Below, piece by piece: positions 15,182 to 25,340 of a DNA stretch of 32,350 bases (positions are counted from its first letter, which is position 1; every line of letters starts with the position of its first letter). This stretch comes from an uncultured Burkholderiales bacterium (GTDB lineage: Bacteria > Actinomycetota > Acidimicrobiia > IMCC26256 > BP-133), in contig CAZCVW010000004.1 in the NCBI GenBank assembly GCA_964502185.1, positions 1 to 32,350 of the forward strand, written 5' to 3'. The position numbers and the translations under genes are program-made. The notes beneath the pieces were generated by a model that made no database searches, had not been told where the DNA came from, and saw only the letters and a list, made by a program, of their open reading frames with translations.

Positions 15182-17539
15182 ATGGCCAACGGGGCGGTCC
15201 CCGAGGGCTTGATCGAAGACGTCCACCGGCATCTGGCCGAGCTGGAGCAGACGACCGGGCGGCGCTTCGGGGGCGGACCGACGCCGCTCCTCGTGTCGGT
15301 ACGGTCCGGGGCCCCCATCTCGATGCCGGGGATGATGGACACGATCCTGAACCTCGGACTCAGCCAGGAGGCGGCCGTCGCCCTGGCCGCCGCCACTGGT
15401 GACGTCGCCTTCATGGCCGACGTCTACAGCCGGTTCTACCGCATGTTCGCCGACATCGTGCTGGGGGGCGGTGGCGACGCCGTCACCGAGGCCGCCGGCC
15501 CGATCCGGGCGGCGATTACGCCCAGCTCCGATGCCACCGCCGTGTTCTCCGAACTCCAGGCGGCGTGCCGGCAGGCGACGCTCGACGAGGTCGGCGACGC
15601 CGTCCCCGACGACCCGTACGAGCAGCTCGAGCGGGCCATCGGCGCCGTGTTCGAGTCATGGAACTCCCGCCGGGCCGTCACCTACCGTCGGTTCCACAAG
15701 ATCGCCGACGACCTGGGCACCGCCGTGGTCATCCAGACGATGGTGTTCGGCAACCTCGGACAGACATCGGGCACCGGGGTGGCGTTCACCCGTGACCCTC
15801 TCACCGGGGAACCGACCCTCTACGGCGAGTACCTCGAAGGGGCCCAGGGCGAGGACGTGGTGGCGGGCACGTCGACGCCCGCCACCCTGGCGCAGGCGGC
15901 CGAGCGGATGCCGGAGGTGTTCGCCGAGTTCACCCGGGTGGCCCAAGAGTTGGAGAGCGTCTACCGCGACGTGGTCGACATCGAGTTCACCGTGGAGCGG
16001 GGGAAGCTCTACCTGCTGCAGGTCCGCAGCGCCAAGCGCACGGCCGAGGCGGCCATCCGGATCGCCGCCGATTTCCTGCGTGACCGCAAGGTTGCGCCGG
16101 CGGAGGCGCTGGCCAAGGTCTCGACGGAGCAGATCCGCCAGGCCGAGCGGCCCAGCTTCGAGACGGCGGCGGTGGCCGCCGCCCGACAGGCCGGGGCGCT
16201 GGCGTCCGGCATCGGGGCGTCGCCGGGACAAGTGAGCGGGATCGTCGTGGTCGACCCCGACCGGGCGGTCGAGGTGGCCGCCACCGGCGAGTCGGTGATC
16301 CTGGCCCGGCCGACCACGAGCCCGCTCGACCTCCACGGAATGATCGCCGCTACCGGGATCGTAACCGCCCTCGGCGGCGCCACCAGCCACGCCGCGGTGG
16401 TGGCCAGGGCGCTGGGAAAGCCCTGCGTGGTCGGCTGCGCCGACGTCGAGATCGATCTCGACGGGCGTGGCTTCCGGGTAGGTGAACGTTCATTCGCGGA
16501 GGGCGATCCCGTCTCCATCGACGGCGCCAGCGGCGAAATCTTCGCCGGCCGGCTGCCGACGACGCAAGTGGAGCTGTCGGGGGCGGACCTGGCGGAAGTG
16601 CTGGGCGTGGCCGACGACGCCGCCCGTTGCCGCCTCTTCGGGCGGGCGACGACGCCCGAGCAGGTGAAGAGCGTGCTCGACCGGGGCGTGCAGGCCATCG
16701 CCACCCGTCTCGGGGACGTGCTCGCCACCACCGGGCACCTCGAGGAGCTCATCGCTCTCCTCGTCGCCCACGAAGTCGACGGGACCAAACTGGACGGCTT
16801 CGAGGAGATCATCGCCGACGTCCTCACGCCCGTCCTCCTGGCGGCCGGCGAGGCCGACATCGTCGTCCGGGCCGTCGACCTCTCTTCCGACGAGGCGATG
16901 GAGCTTCTCGACGCGCCGGCCCTCCTGGCGCGACACCCCCGCTTCCACCTGCCCCTAGGAGTGCCGGAGTTCCTGACCATCCAGGTCGCCGGGTTAGCCC
17001 TGGCCGCCAAGCGCAGCGGCCACCCCCGGCCGCCCCAGCTGAGCGTCCGCCACGTGACCGATCCCAACGAGGCGCAGGAGATCCAGCGGATCGCCCGGGA
17101 AGAGCTGCTCCGGCGGGGGCTCGGTCCGGTGCTCGTGGGACCGACGCTCACGAGCCCCCGGGCCGCTCAACTCGCCCCCGAGATCGCCCGGTACAGCGAC
17201 CTCATCTGGCTCGAGGTCCGGGGCCTCCAGGCCAAGCTCTACGGGTACCCGGCGAGCCTGTGGTTCACCGGTGACCCGCTCGACGAGTACGTCCGGAAAC
17301 GGATGCTCTCGAGCGACCCGCGGGCCACGATGGACGAGTCGATGCGCGTGCTCCTCGCCTCGGTGGCGACGGCGCGGATCTCGAACCCGGGCTGCCGAGT
17401 AGGCGTGCGGCTGAGCGGCCCGGTGTCAGAGGAGCTGGCCGCCGGCTTCTACCGACTCGGGTTCCGCACCTTCGCCGTCGACGCCGACGAAGTGCGGACG
17501 GCGCGGCTGGCCTTCGGCAAGGCGGCGCTTTCGGAGTGA
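14999..17539 (+). CDS. Pyruvate,phosphate dikinase-like protein: intact ATP-grasp and phosphohistidine domains, degenerate PEP/pyruvate-binding domain
   Basis: N-terminal PPDK signatures are present ([91 protein letters not shown]). The swivel domain is present ([22 protein letters not shown]). The C-terminal third is collinear with the PPDK TIM barrel but lacks its catalytic motifs (see findings). Confidence 0.85.
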   Translation: [846 protein letters not shown]

Positions 17540-17576
17540 CGGAAATCTACTTGGGACGAACAACAAAGGAGCAGGC

Positions 17577-18353
17577 ATGGCGAACGAGCTGAAGGAATGG
17601 CGGAGGGTCCTCGAGGGGCTTCCCGGGGACGAGGTCTACCAAGTGACCGAACCCCTCGACGGGGTGGAGTTCCTCCATCTCATGGAACAGCGCCGGATGG
17701 CGTTCTGGAATTCGAAACCGGACAACGAGAAGAGTCACTACCAGGGCTACAGCGCCATCTCCCGGGAGCAGCTGATCGACTCCCTGCGGCGGCAGACGCA
17801 CGCCGAGCTCGCCGCCGTCCACGCTCCGAACCTGAGCTTCGACGTCTGCCCCTGGCAGGACATCAAGATGGACTACGCCCGCCAGATGAACGAGGAGGGC
17901 CGGCACTTCAACCTGATCCGCGAACACCTGCTCGACCTTGGCGGCTCGTGGGACGACGACTACAGCCCCGACTTCCCCGAGTGGAACGCGTTGTTCAACC
18001 TCTTCCTCACCGTTGAGAACCGCTACTTCCTCGACCCCGCCAAAGAGGTCGTGGCCCGAGCCAGCGTGCTGAACTTCGGCATCGAGGGCTGGGACCACCT
18101 CTACGTGCAGCCGACATTCCTGAAATTCATTAGCGACGTCGACGAGACCCTGGCCCAGATCTACGAGGAAATCATCATGCCCGACGAGACGTTCCATTAC
18201 TCGATCGGGCAGCGGATCCTGCGGGACCACTGCGACCGCCCCGACCTCCAGCGTCTCGCCGTTTATTTCATCGACCGAGGGATGGTCGCCCACCACGCCG
18301 TGAACGTCGCCTTCCCCGCCTACCACAAGCGGCAGGGGTTCCATTCCGAATGA
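17577..18353 (+). CDS. Ferritin-like four-helix-bundle diiron-carboxylate protein (resembles the DUF455 family as I remember it)
   Basis: The E ... ExxH ... E ... ExxH ligand pattern is present: THAELAAVH, QMNEEGRHFNLIREHL, NFGIEGWDH, MPDETFHYSIG. An AAGGAG RBS lies before ATG 17577. GC content is visibly lower than in neighbouring genes. Confidence 0.65.
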   Translation: MANELKEWRRVLEGLPGDEVYQVTEPLDGVEFLHLMEQRRMAFWNSKPDNEKSHYQGYSAISREQLIDSLRRQTHAELAAVHAPNLSFDVCPWQDIKMDYARQMNEEGRHFNLIREHLLDLGGSWDDDYSPDFPEWNALFNLFLTVENRYFLDPAKEVVARASVLNFGIEGWDHLYVQPTFLKFISDVDETLAQIYEEIIMPDETFHYSIGQRILRDHCDRPDLQRLAVYFIDRGMVAHHAVNVAFPAYHKRQGFHSE

Positions 18354-18850
18354 TCTCTGAGAAGCTGACGGATTCGAACGCAGGGGTCGCCGGATCGGCG
18401 GCGACCCCTCCCGAGAAACTCCATCCGCCCACGACCGGTGAGGACGCGTCCACTTGGCCGGCGCTGCAGCCCGGAAGCGAGGTCGCCCCCGCCCCCGCGC
18501 CACCCGCCGAGGGTCACCGGCTCTTCGACACCCAACTCCACCGGTCGGACCTCATTGAACGGAAACCGGTCCGAGTCAAGCGCGAGGGCGAGGACATCGT
18601 CTGCGTTCTCGCGGGCGGGGCAGTCTACGCCTTCAGGAACCGCTGTCCGCACACCGGTTACCTCCTGCACGAGGGGCGGGTCCGCGGCTGCGTCGTCACC
18701 TGCATCTCGCACCTGGCGCAGTTCGACCTCCGAGACGGCCACGTGGTGGCGCTCCCGATGGAGGGCCGGAGCATCGAGACCGGTCCCCTGGCCGTCTACC
18801 GGGTCGTCGAGCGGGATGGCGCCGTCTTCGTCGAACTCCCCGAGGAGTAG
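18350..18850 (+). CDS. Rieske [2Fe-2S] domain protein (ferredoxin-type)
   Basis: The Rieske motif CxH...CxxH is present: NRCPHTGYLLHEGRVRGCVVTCISHLAQFD. ATG 18350 overlaps the previous stop (ATGA). The first ~55 residues are low-complexity, so the real start might be internal. Confidence 0.8.
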   Translation: MISEKLTDSNAGVAGSAATPPEKLHPPTTGEDASTWPALQPGSEVAPAPAPPAEGHRLFDTQLHRSDLIERKPVRVKREGEDIVCVLAGGAVYAFRNRCPHTGYLLHEGRVRGCVVTCISHLAQFDLRDGHVVALPMEGRSIETGPLAVYRVVERDGAVFVELPEE

Positions 18851-18853
18851 GCC

Positions 18854-20368
18854 GTGCCGAGCACGGCTCCTTGCCGGATGTTCCTTTTCCGTCACGGGCA
18901 GGCGCAGATGCCCGACGAGCGGGGACAGTTCTGGAATTACTCCGAGGCCGAGCTGGCGCCGGCGGGGCGACGCCGGGCCGCGGAGCTGGCGGCCGAGCTG
19001 GCGGCCGTCCCCCTCGACGCCGTGTTCACCTCGGACCTGCTCCGGGCCCGGCAGACGGCGGAGGCCATCGCCGCGCCTCAGGCCGCCCCGGTCTTCCCCG
19101 ACGCTCGACTGCGGGAGCTGAACATCGGGGACTTCGAGGGGATGACGCTCCCGCGGCTGCGCCAGGTCGACCGCCGCTTCCTGCCGTGGCTGGAGGTCTA
19201 CTTCGAAGGCCGCCACGCCGGTGTGGACTTCCACGTCCCGGCCGACCTGCCGTGGCCCGGAGGCGAGTCCGTGGCCGGGGCGCTCCGGCGGGTGCTCCCC
19301 GCCTTCCTCGAGATCGCCCGCGGGTGGCAGGGCCGCACGGTCGCCGTGTGCACCCACGCCTACGTGCTCCAGGCACTCCTGTGCCACATCGTCGGGGTTG
19401 ACGTCGCGCAGTACTGGAGCTTCGCCGGCCTGCCTGCCTCGCTCACGTTGGCGGAGGTCGGCTCCGACGGCCGCGGCGTCGTCCGGACCCTGAACGGCGA
19501 CCTCGAGCTCGCCACGCTCGTCGGCGGCCGGCTGCCGCTGCGTCGAGAAGAAGGGTGCCGTCCGGCAGGCGGCTCCACCGTGGCCGGCTCCGGCTCCGAC
19601 GACCTGCGCTCCACCTGCCGGGTCTTCCTCGTCCGTCACGGGCAGGCGATGGTCGTCGAGGAGGGGGGGCCGGTGTTCAGCCATCATCCCATTGGGTTGA
19701 CAGCCGACGGCCGCCGGCAGGCGCAGCGGCTCGCCTCGACGCTGGCGCCGGTCCGCCTCGACGCCGTGTACACCTCGGACCTCAACCGCGCCCGGGAGAC
19801 GGCCGAGCCGGTGGCCGCCGTGCAGGGACTGTCGCCCGTCGTCGTTCCGGAGCTGCGCGAGATCTCGCTCGGTGACTTCGAGGGAATGACGTTGGCCCGG
19901 GTGCACGCCGAACATGACCGCTTCATCCCTTGGTTGGAGGTGGCCTTCAACGAGCGGTTCCCCTCCGACGAGTTCCACCATCCCGCCGAACTCGTCTTCC
20001 CCGGCGGGGAGAGCGTGGTCTCGGTGTACGAGCGCGTCATCGAGCCGTTCCTGCGCATCGTCCGAGCTCACCTCGGGGGGACGATCGCCGTGGTGGGCCA
20101 CGGATGGGTGATTCAACCCCTGCTCTGCCATGTCCTCGGCGCGCCCACCACCAGCTACTTCCGCTTGCAGCTGCGCTATGCCGCTCCGGCGCTCGTGGAG
20201 GTCGACGCCGACGGGTTCGGGGTCCTCGAAGTCCTCAATGCGGGCACCCACGTGGGGGAGGCGACGGGACCAGGCGTGGCGGGCGCGGAGGCGGGGGCGG
20301 CGACGCAGGAGAGGTTACGGTCCGACGAGAGCCCGGCGCCGCCGAGGAGGAAGGGAGGCAGCAGATGA
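18854..20368 (+). CDS. Fusion of two histidine-phosphatase (phosphoglycerate-mutase-like) domains
   Basis: There are two full repeats, each with RHG (MFLFRHGQAQ / VFLVRHGQAM), SDLxRAxxTAE, GDFEGMTL, PGGES and a distal catalytic His (VCTHAY / VVGHGW). GTG 18854 lies 6 nt after a GAGGAG RBS. Confidence 0.8.
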   Translation: MPSTAPCRMFLFRHGQAQMPDERGQFWNYSEAELAPAGRRRAAELAAELAAVPLDAVFTSDLLRARQTAEAIAAPQAAPVFPDARLRELNIGDFEGMTLPRLRQVDRRFLPWLEVYFEGRHAGVDFHVPADLPWPGGESVAGALRRVLPAFLEIARGWQGRTVAVCTHAYVLQALLCHIVGVDVAQYWSFAGLPASLTLAEVGSDGRGVVRTLNGDLELATLVGGRLPLRREEGCRPAGGSTVAGSGSDDLRSTCRVFLVRHGQAMVVEEGGPVFSHHPIGLTADGRRQAQRLASTLAPVRLDAVYTSDLNRARETAEPVAAVQGLSPVVVPELREISLGDFEGMTLARVHAEHDRFIPWLEVAFNERFPSDEFHHPAELVFPGGESVVSVYERVIEPFLRIVRAHLGGTIAVVGHGWVIQPLLCHVLGAPTTSYFRLQLRYAAPALVEVDADGFGVLEVLNAGTHVGEATGPGVAGAEAGAATQERLRSDESPAPPRRKGGSR

Positions 20369-20556
20369 AGGCTCGTGTGGATGCCGGCCTGTGCCAGGCC
20401 CACGGGCAGTGCAACGACATCTGCCCCGACATCTTCAAGATCGACGAATGGGGCTACGCCTACACCGAAGACGAGCCGGTGCCGGAGGGACTCGAGCGTG
20501 CCGTCCGCCAGGCGGTCACCGCCTGCCCGGAGCGGGCCATCACCGTCGAGGACTGA
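20365..20556 (+). CDS. Small single-cluster ferredoxin (3Fe-4S/4Fe-4S type)
   Basis: The 63-aa product MKARVDAGLCQAHGQCNDICPDIFKIDEWGYAY...AVTACPERAITVED has the CxxxGxCxxxCP...CP pattern of actinobacterial P450/oxygenase ferredoxins. ATG 20365 overlaps the upstream stop (ATGA), and a GGGAGG RBS is present. Confidence 0.8.
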   Translation: MKARVDAGLCQAHGQCNDICPDIFKIDEWGYAYTEDEPVPEGLERAVRQAVTACPERAITVED

Positions 20557-20580
20557 CCGGCAGGGACGGGAGGAGTCAGG

Positions 20581-21675
20581 ATGACGGGAACCACCACCGA
20601 GCCCGCCGTCGACGTGGTCGACCACCGGAAGTTCGAGGAGCGGGTCGCTCGCCTCTTCGTTCACGTGGGGGTGCCAGCCCCCCAGGCCGCGGGGATCGCC
20701 GAGATCCTCGTCCTGGCCGACCTGCGGGGGATCGAGAGCCATGGCACCAACTTCGCCCCCCGCTACATTCGGGGGCTGGCCCGGGGCGAGCTCAATCCCG
20801 ACCCCCAGCTGCGGGTCGTCGGAGGGCGTGGTGCGGTGGCCGTGCTCGACGCCGACAACGGCCTCGGTTACGTCTCGGCCCGAGCCGCCATGGAACGCGC
20901 CATCGAGCTCGCTGCCGACCACGCCGTCGGCGCCGTCGCCGTGCGCAATTCGAACCACTTCGGAATGGCCGGCTTCTACGCCCTGCAGGCCACCGACGCC
21001 GGGATGATCGGCCACGCCACCACGGACGGGCCGCCCCACACGGTGGCCTGGGGCACGCGCCGGCCCGTCGTCTGCAACAACCCGATCGCCTGGGCCTTCC
21101 CCACCGGAACGCCGCCGCCCGTGCTCGTCGACACGGCCCTCACCGGGGTGAAGGAGAAGATCCGGCTGGCGGCCCAGCGGGGCGAGGCGATCCCGCCGGA
21201 CTGGGCGGTCGGTCCCGACGGGCGCCCCACCACCGACCCCGCCGTTGCCCTCGAGGGATCCCTTCTCCCCATCGGCGGCCCGAAGGGCTCCGCCCTCATC
21301 GTGGCCAACGAGTTGCTCTCAGGAGCGCTCTCGGGAGCCCACTTCTCCTTCGAGATCTCCCCGGCGCTGGTGATGGGCTCCGACCACCACGACCGGTGGG
21401 GCTGCGGGCACTTCCTCCTCGCGCTCGATCCCTCCGGCTTCGTCGGGACGGACGCATTCCGCAAGCGGGCGGACGAACTCGTCCGCGCCCTGCGGGAGGC
21501 GGAGCCGGCCGAAGGCGTCGAGCGCGTGTACCTCCCGGGCGAGCGGGAGTGGCTGCTCTCCGAGGAGCGCAGGCGGTCAGGTCTGCCCGTTGCCCGGGCG
21601 ACGCTGGCGGCGCTCGACGCCGTCGCCGTCGAAGTGGGAGCGGGCGTCGCGTTCGGTGAACTGGCCGAAGGCTGA
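20581..21675 (+). CDS. Ldh2-family (type-2 malate/L-lactate dehydrogenase-like) NAD(P)H-dependent 2-hydroxyacid/2-oxoacid oxidoreductase
   Basis: Family motifs are present: LRGIESHGTNFAPRYIRGL, AVRNSNHFGMAGFYA, NNPIAWAFP, GGPKGSALIVANELLSGALSG. A GGGAGGAG RBS lies before ATG 20581. Confidence 0.85.
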   Translation: MTGTTTEPAVDVVDHRKFEERVARLFVHVGVPAPQAAGIAEILVLADLRGIESHGTNFAPRYIRGLARGELNPDPQLRVVGGRGAVAVLDADNGLGYVSARAAMERAIELAADHAVGAVAVRNSNHFGMAGFYALQATDAGMIGHATTDGPPHTVAWGTRRPVVCNNPIAWAFPTGTPPPVLVDTALTGVKEKIRLAAQRGEAIPPDWAVGPDGRPTTDPAVALEGSLLPIGGPKGSALIVANELLSGALSGAHFSFEISPALVMGSDHHDRWGCGHFLLALDPSGFVGTDAFRKRADELVRALREAEPAEGVERVYLPGEREWLLSEERRRSGLPVARATLAALDAVAVEVGAGVAFGELAEG

Positions 21676-21720
21676 TCCGGGGAAGGGGAGGCGATGACGT
21701 AGAATCGTGGTTGAAAGGTC

Positions 21721-22542
21721 TTGCCAATACAGAAAGGCTCGGCTGTGGAGGAACTCGCAGGGCCGTTTGCTCCGGTCAAGCGCCGACGTGCCTTCGAGGA
21801 CATCATCGTCCAGATCGAGAACGCCATTCATGAAGGGCGTCTCACGGTGGGCGACCGGCTCCCGCCCGAGCGTGAGCTCGCCGAGATCTTCCAGGTCTCC
21901 CGGGCGTCGGTGCGCGAGGCGCTGCGAGTCCTCGAGGCGTTCGGGGTCCTGAGCGCGCGCCGGGGAACCGGACCGGACTCCGGTTCGATCGTCTCGGCGC
22001 AGAACGAGAGCCCGCTCTCGGGTCTCCTCCGGCTGTACGCCTCACTCTTGAAGATGCCGCTTCTGGACCTCCTCGAGGTGCGCGAGGCGCTCGAGACGCT
22101 CACCGCGCGCCGGGCGGCCGGGCGGGCCGGCCCCGAGGACCTCGAGCGTCTCGCTGCCATCATCGAAAGCATGCGCAACTGCCGCGAGCCCGAGGAGTTC
22201 CTGACCCTGGACACGGAGTTCCACCTCACCCTGGCTCGGGCGTCGGGGAACTCGGTCGCTCCCCTCATCATGGGGGCCCTCCGGGACGCGATTGCCCAAC
22301 AGATGCTGCGGGCCTTCAAGGCGCTCGAGGAGTCGGGGAACTGGGTGTCGGAACGCACCTGGCTGGTGCGTGAACATGCCCAGCTGATGGAGACCATCGC
22401 GTCGAGAGACCCGGACGCCGCCGCCCACGCCTTCAGTCAGCACGTGCACGACTTCTACAAGCGGGTCCTCCAGGACCACGAGGTCGCCCCCCAGCAACCG
22501 GCGCGGGCCGCCGCCCCGCAAAAACGCCGCCGGCTCGCCTGA
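21721..22542 (+). CDS. GntR-family transcriptional regulator, FadR subfamily (FCD C-terminal domain)
   Basis: The N-terminal wHTH is AFEDIIVQIENAIHEGRLTVGDRLPPERELAEIFQVSRASVREALRVLEAFGVLSARRGTG. The all-helical C-terminal domain carries an FCD-like pattern (LLEVREALE..., FHLTLARASGN, EHAQLMETI). The start is uncertain: TTG 21721, or GTG 21745 with GAAAGG upstream. Confidence 0.85.
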   Translation: MPIQKGSAVEELAGPFAPVKRRRAFEDIIVQIENAIHEGRLTVGDRLPPERELAEIFQVSRASVREALRVLEAFGVLSARRGTGPDSGSIVSAQNESPLSGLLRLYASLLKMPLLDLLEVREALETLTARRAAGRAGPEDLERLAAIIESMRNCREPEEFLTLDTEFHLTLARASGNSVAPLIMGALRDAIAQQMLRAFKALEESGNWVSERTWLVREHAQLMETIASRDPDAAAHAFSQHVHDFYKRVLQDHEVAPQQPARAAAPQKRRRLA

Positions 22543-22565
22543 TCGGCCGACTTCGCCCGCCCCCC

Positions 22566-23615
22566 TCAGGGCCGGAGCTGCTCCTCGGCCAGCAGTCCGG
22601 CCAGCACCGCCTCGGCGAGCGCTAGGAACTGGTCGACACTGGCCACGCCTCCCGCCAGTTCGCCCACCAGTACCCGCAGCGGAGGCCGGTAGGGCACGAG
22701 GTAGTCGAAGACGAGGTCGCCGTCTGCCCGTCCGAGCATCATGACGCCGGCGTACTCGGCCACGTGCGAGACGAACTCCGCCGAGCGGGCCTCGTCGCGG
22801 ACGGAGGCGTAGGCCTCGTAGCACGCACGCGCCTCGGTGAGGAGCGCCACCCGCCAGTGCGGGCGGGCGAAGCCGAGAAGGACGAAGTGGGCCAGGATGA
22901 TGCCGACGTCGAAGGCGGGATGGCCCCACTGGGCACACTCGAAATCGAGCTTGGTGATGCCGCCGTCGTGGACGAGCACGTTCTTCGGGGTGATATCCGC
23001 GTCGACCAGCACCCGTGCCTCGTCCCGGTTGCGGCGTAGGGCCGTCTCGATCAGCGGGGCGAGGTCCGGGTTAGCCGACGCTGCGCTGCGGACGCTCTGC
23101 TCCCGGAGAGCGAAGCCGGGATTGAAACCGAAGTCCCGGGCGATCTCCGGGGACTCGAGCGTGATGGCGTGGAGATGGCCGACATAGTCGCCCAGTCGCC
23201 GGCCGGTGCCGGGATGGAACCGCCCGGCCAGCAGCTCTGTGTCGTAGAGCACGGCGTCATCGGGCGCCGGCGTCATCACCGACACGTAGTTCTCGGGGTC
23301 GTCGTCCAGGATCGTCGGGATGGGGGCAAGGGATCCGAGGAGCCTCTTGATGGCCTTCATGGCCGCCACTTCCATGAGGGCGCGCCGGATGTCGGCCTGC
23401 AGGACGGTGCGCCGAGCGGCCTCGAACGACTGCTTCACGATGTAGACCCGGCCGCCGCCCTCCACCCGGAAGACGTTGTTCACGTAGCCGCCCGAGAGCG
23501 TTCGCACGACGGCGTCACCGCTGTGCTCCAAAAGGCCGCGGCCCAGCAGGTACCCGACGATGTTCCTCTCGTCAAGCTCGATCAGCGGAGAGGCGGGCCG
23601 CTGCGAGGTCACCAT
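22566..23615 (-). CDS. Aminoglycoside-phosphotransferase-fold small-molecule kinase (methylthioribose-kinase-like)
   Basis: It has SGGYVNNVFRV (nucleotide loop), VKQS (Lys), VLVDADITPKNVLV (catalytic loop) and LDFECAQWGHPAFDVG (metal-binding segment). Its start lies 16 nt downstream of the HcmA-like stop, with a GAAAGG RBS. Confidence 0.8.
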   Translation of the reverse strand: MVTSQRPASPLIELDERNIVGYLLGRGLLEHSGDAVVRTLSGGYVNNVFRVEGGGRVYIVKQSFEAARRTVLQADIRRALMEVAAMKAIKRLLGSLAPIPTILDDDPENYVSVMTPAPDDAVLYDTELLAGRFHPGTGRRLGDYVGHLHAITLESPEIARDFGFNPGFALREQSVRSAASANPDLAPLIETALRRNRDEARVLVDADITPKNVLVHDGGITKLDFECAQWGHPAFDVGIILAHFVLLGFARPHWRVALLTEARACYEAYASVRDEARSAEFVSHVAEYAGVMMLGRADGDLVFDYLVPYRPPLRVLVGELAGGVASVDQFLALAEAVLAGLLAEEQLRP

Positions 23616-23630
23616 GTCCCGGCCTTTCTT

Positions 23631-25336
<1,706 letters not shown>

Positions 25337-25340
<4 letters not shown>

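Noticed and set aside
21715-21727. AAGGTCTTGCCAA upstream of, and overlapping, the GntR gene start, as a possible sixth (autoregulatory) operator.
   Set aside because: Only 9/13 positions match the dyad and both arms are damaged. It also overlaps the candidate TTG start. This is not enough to call.
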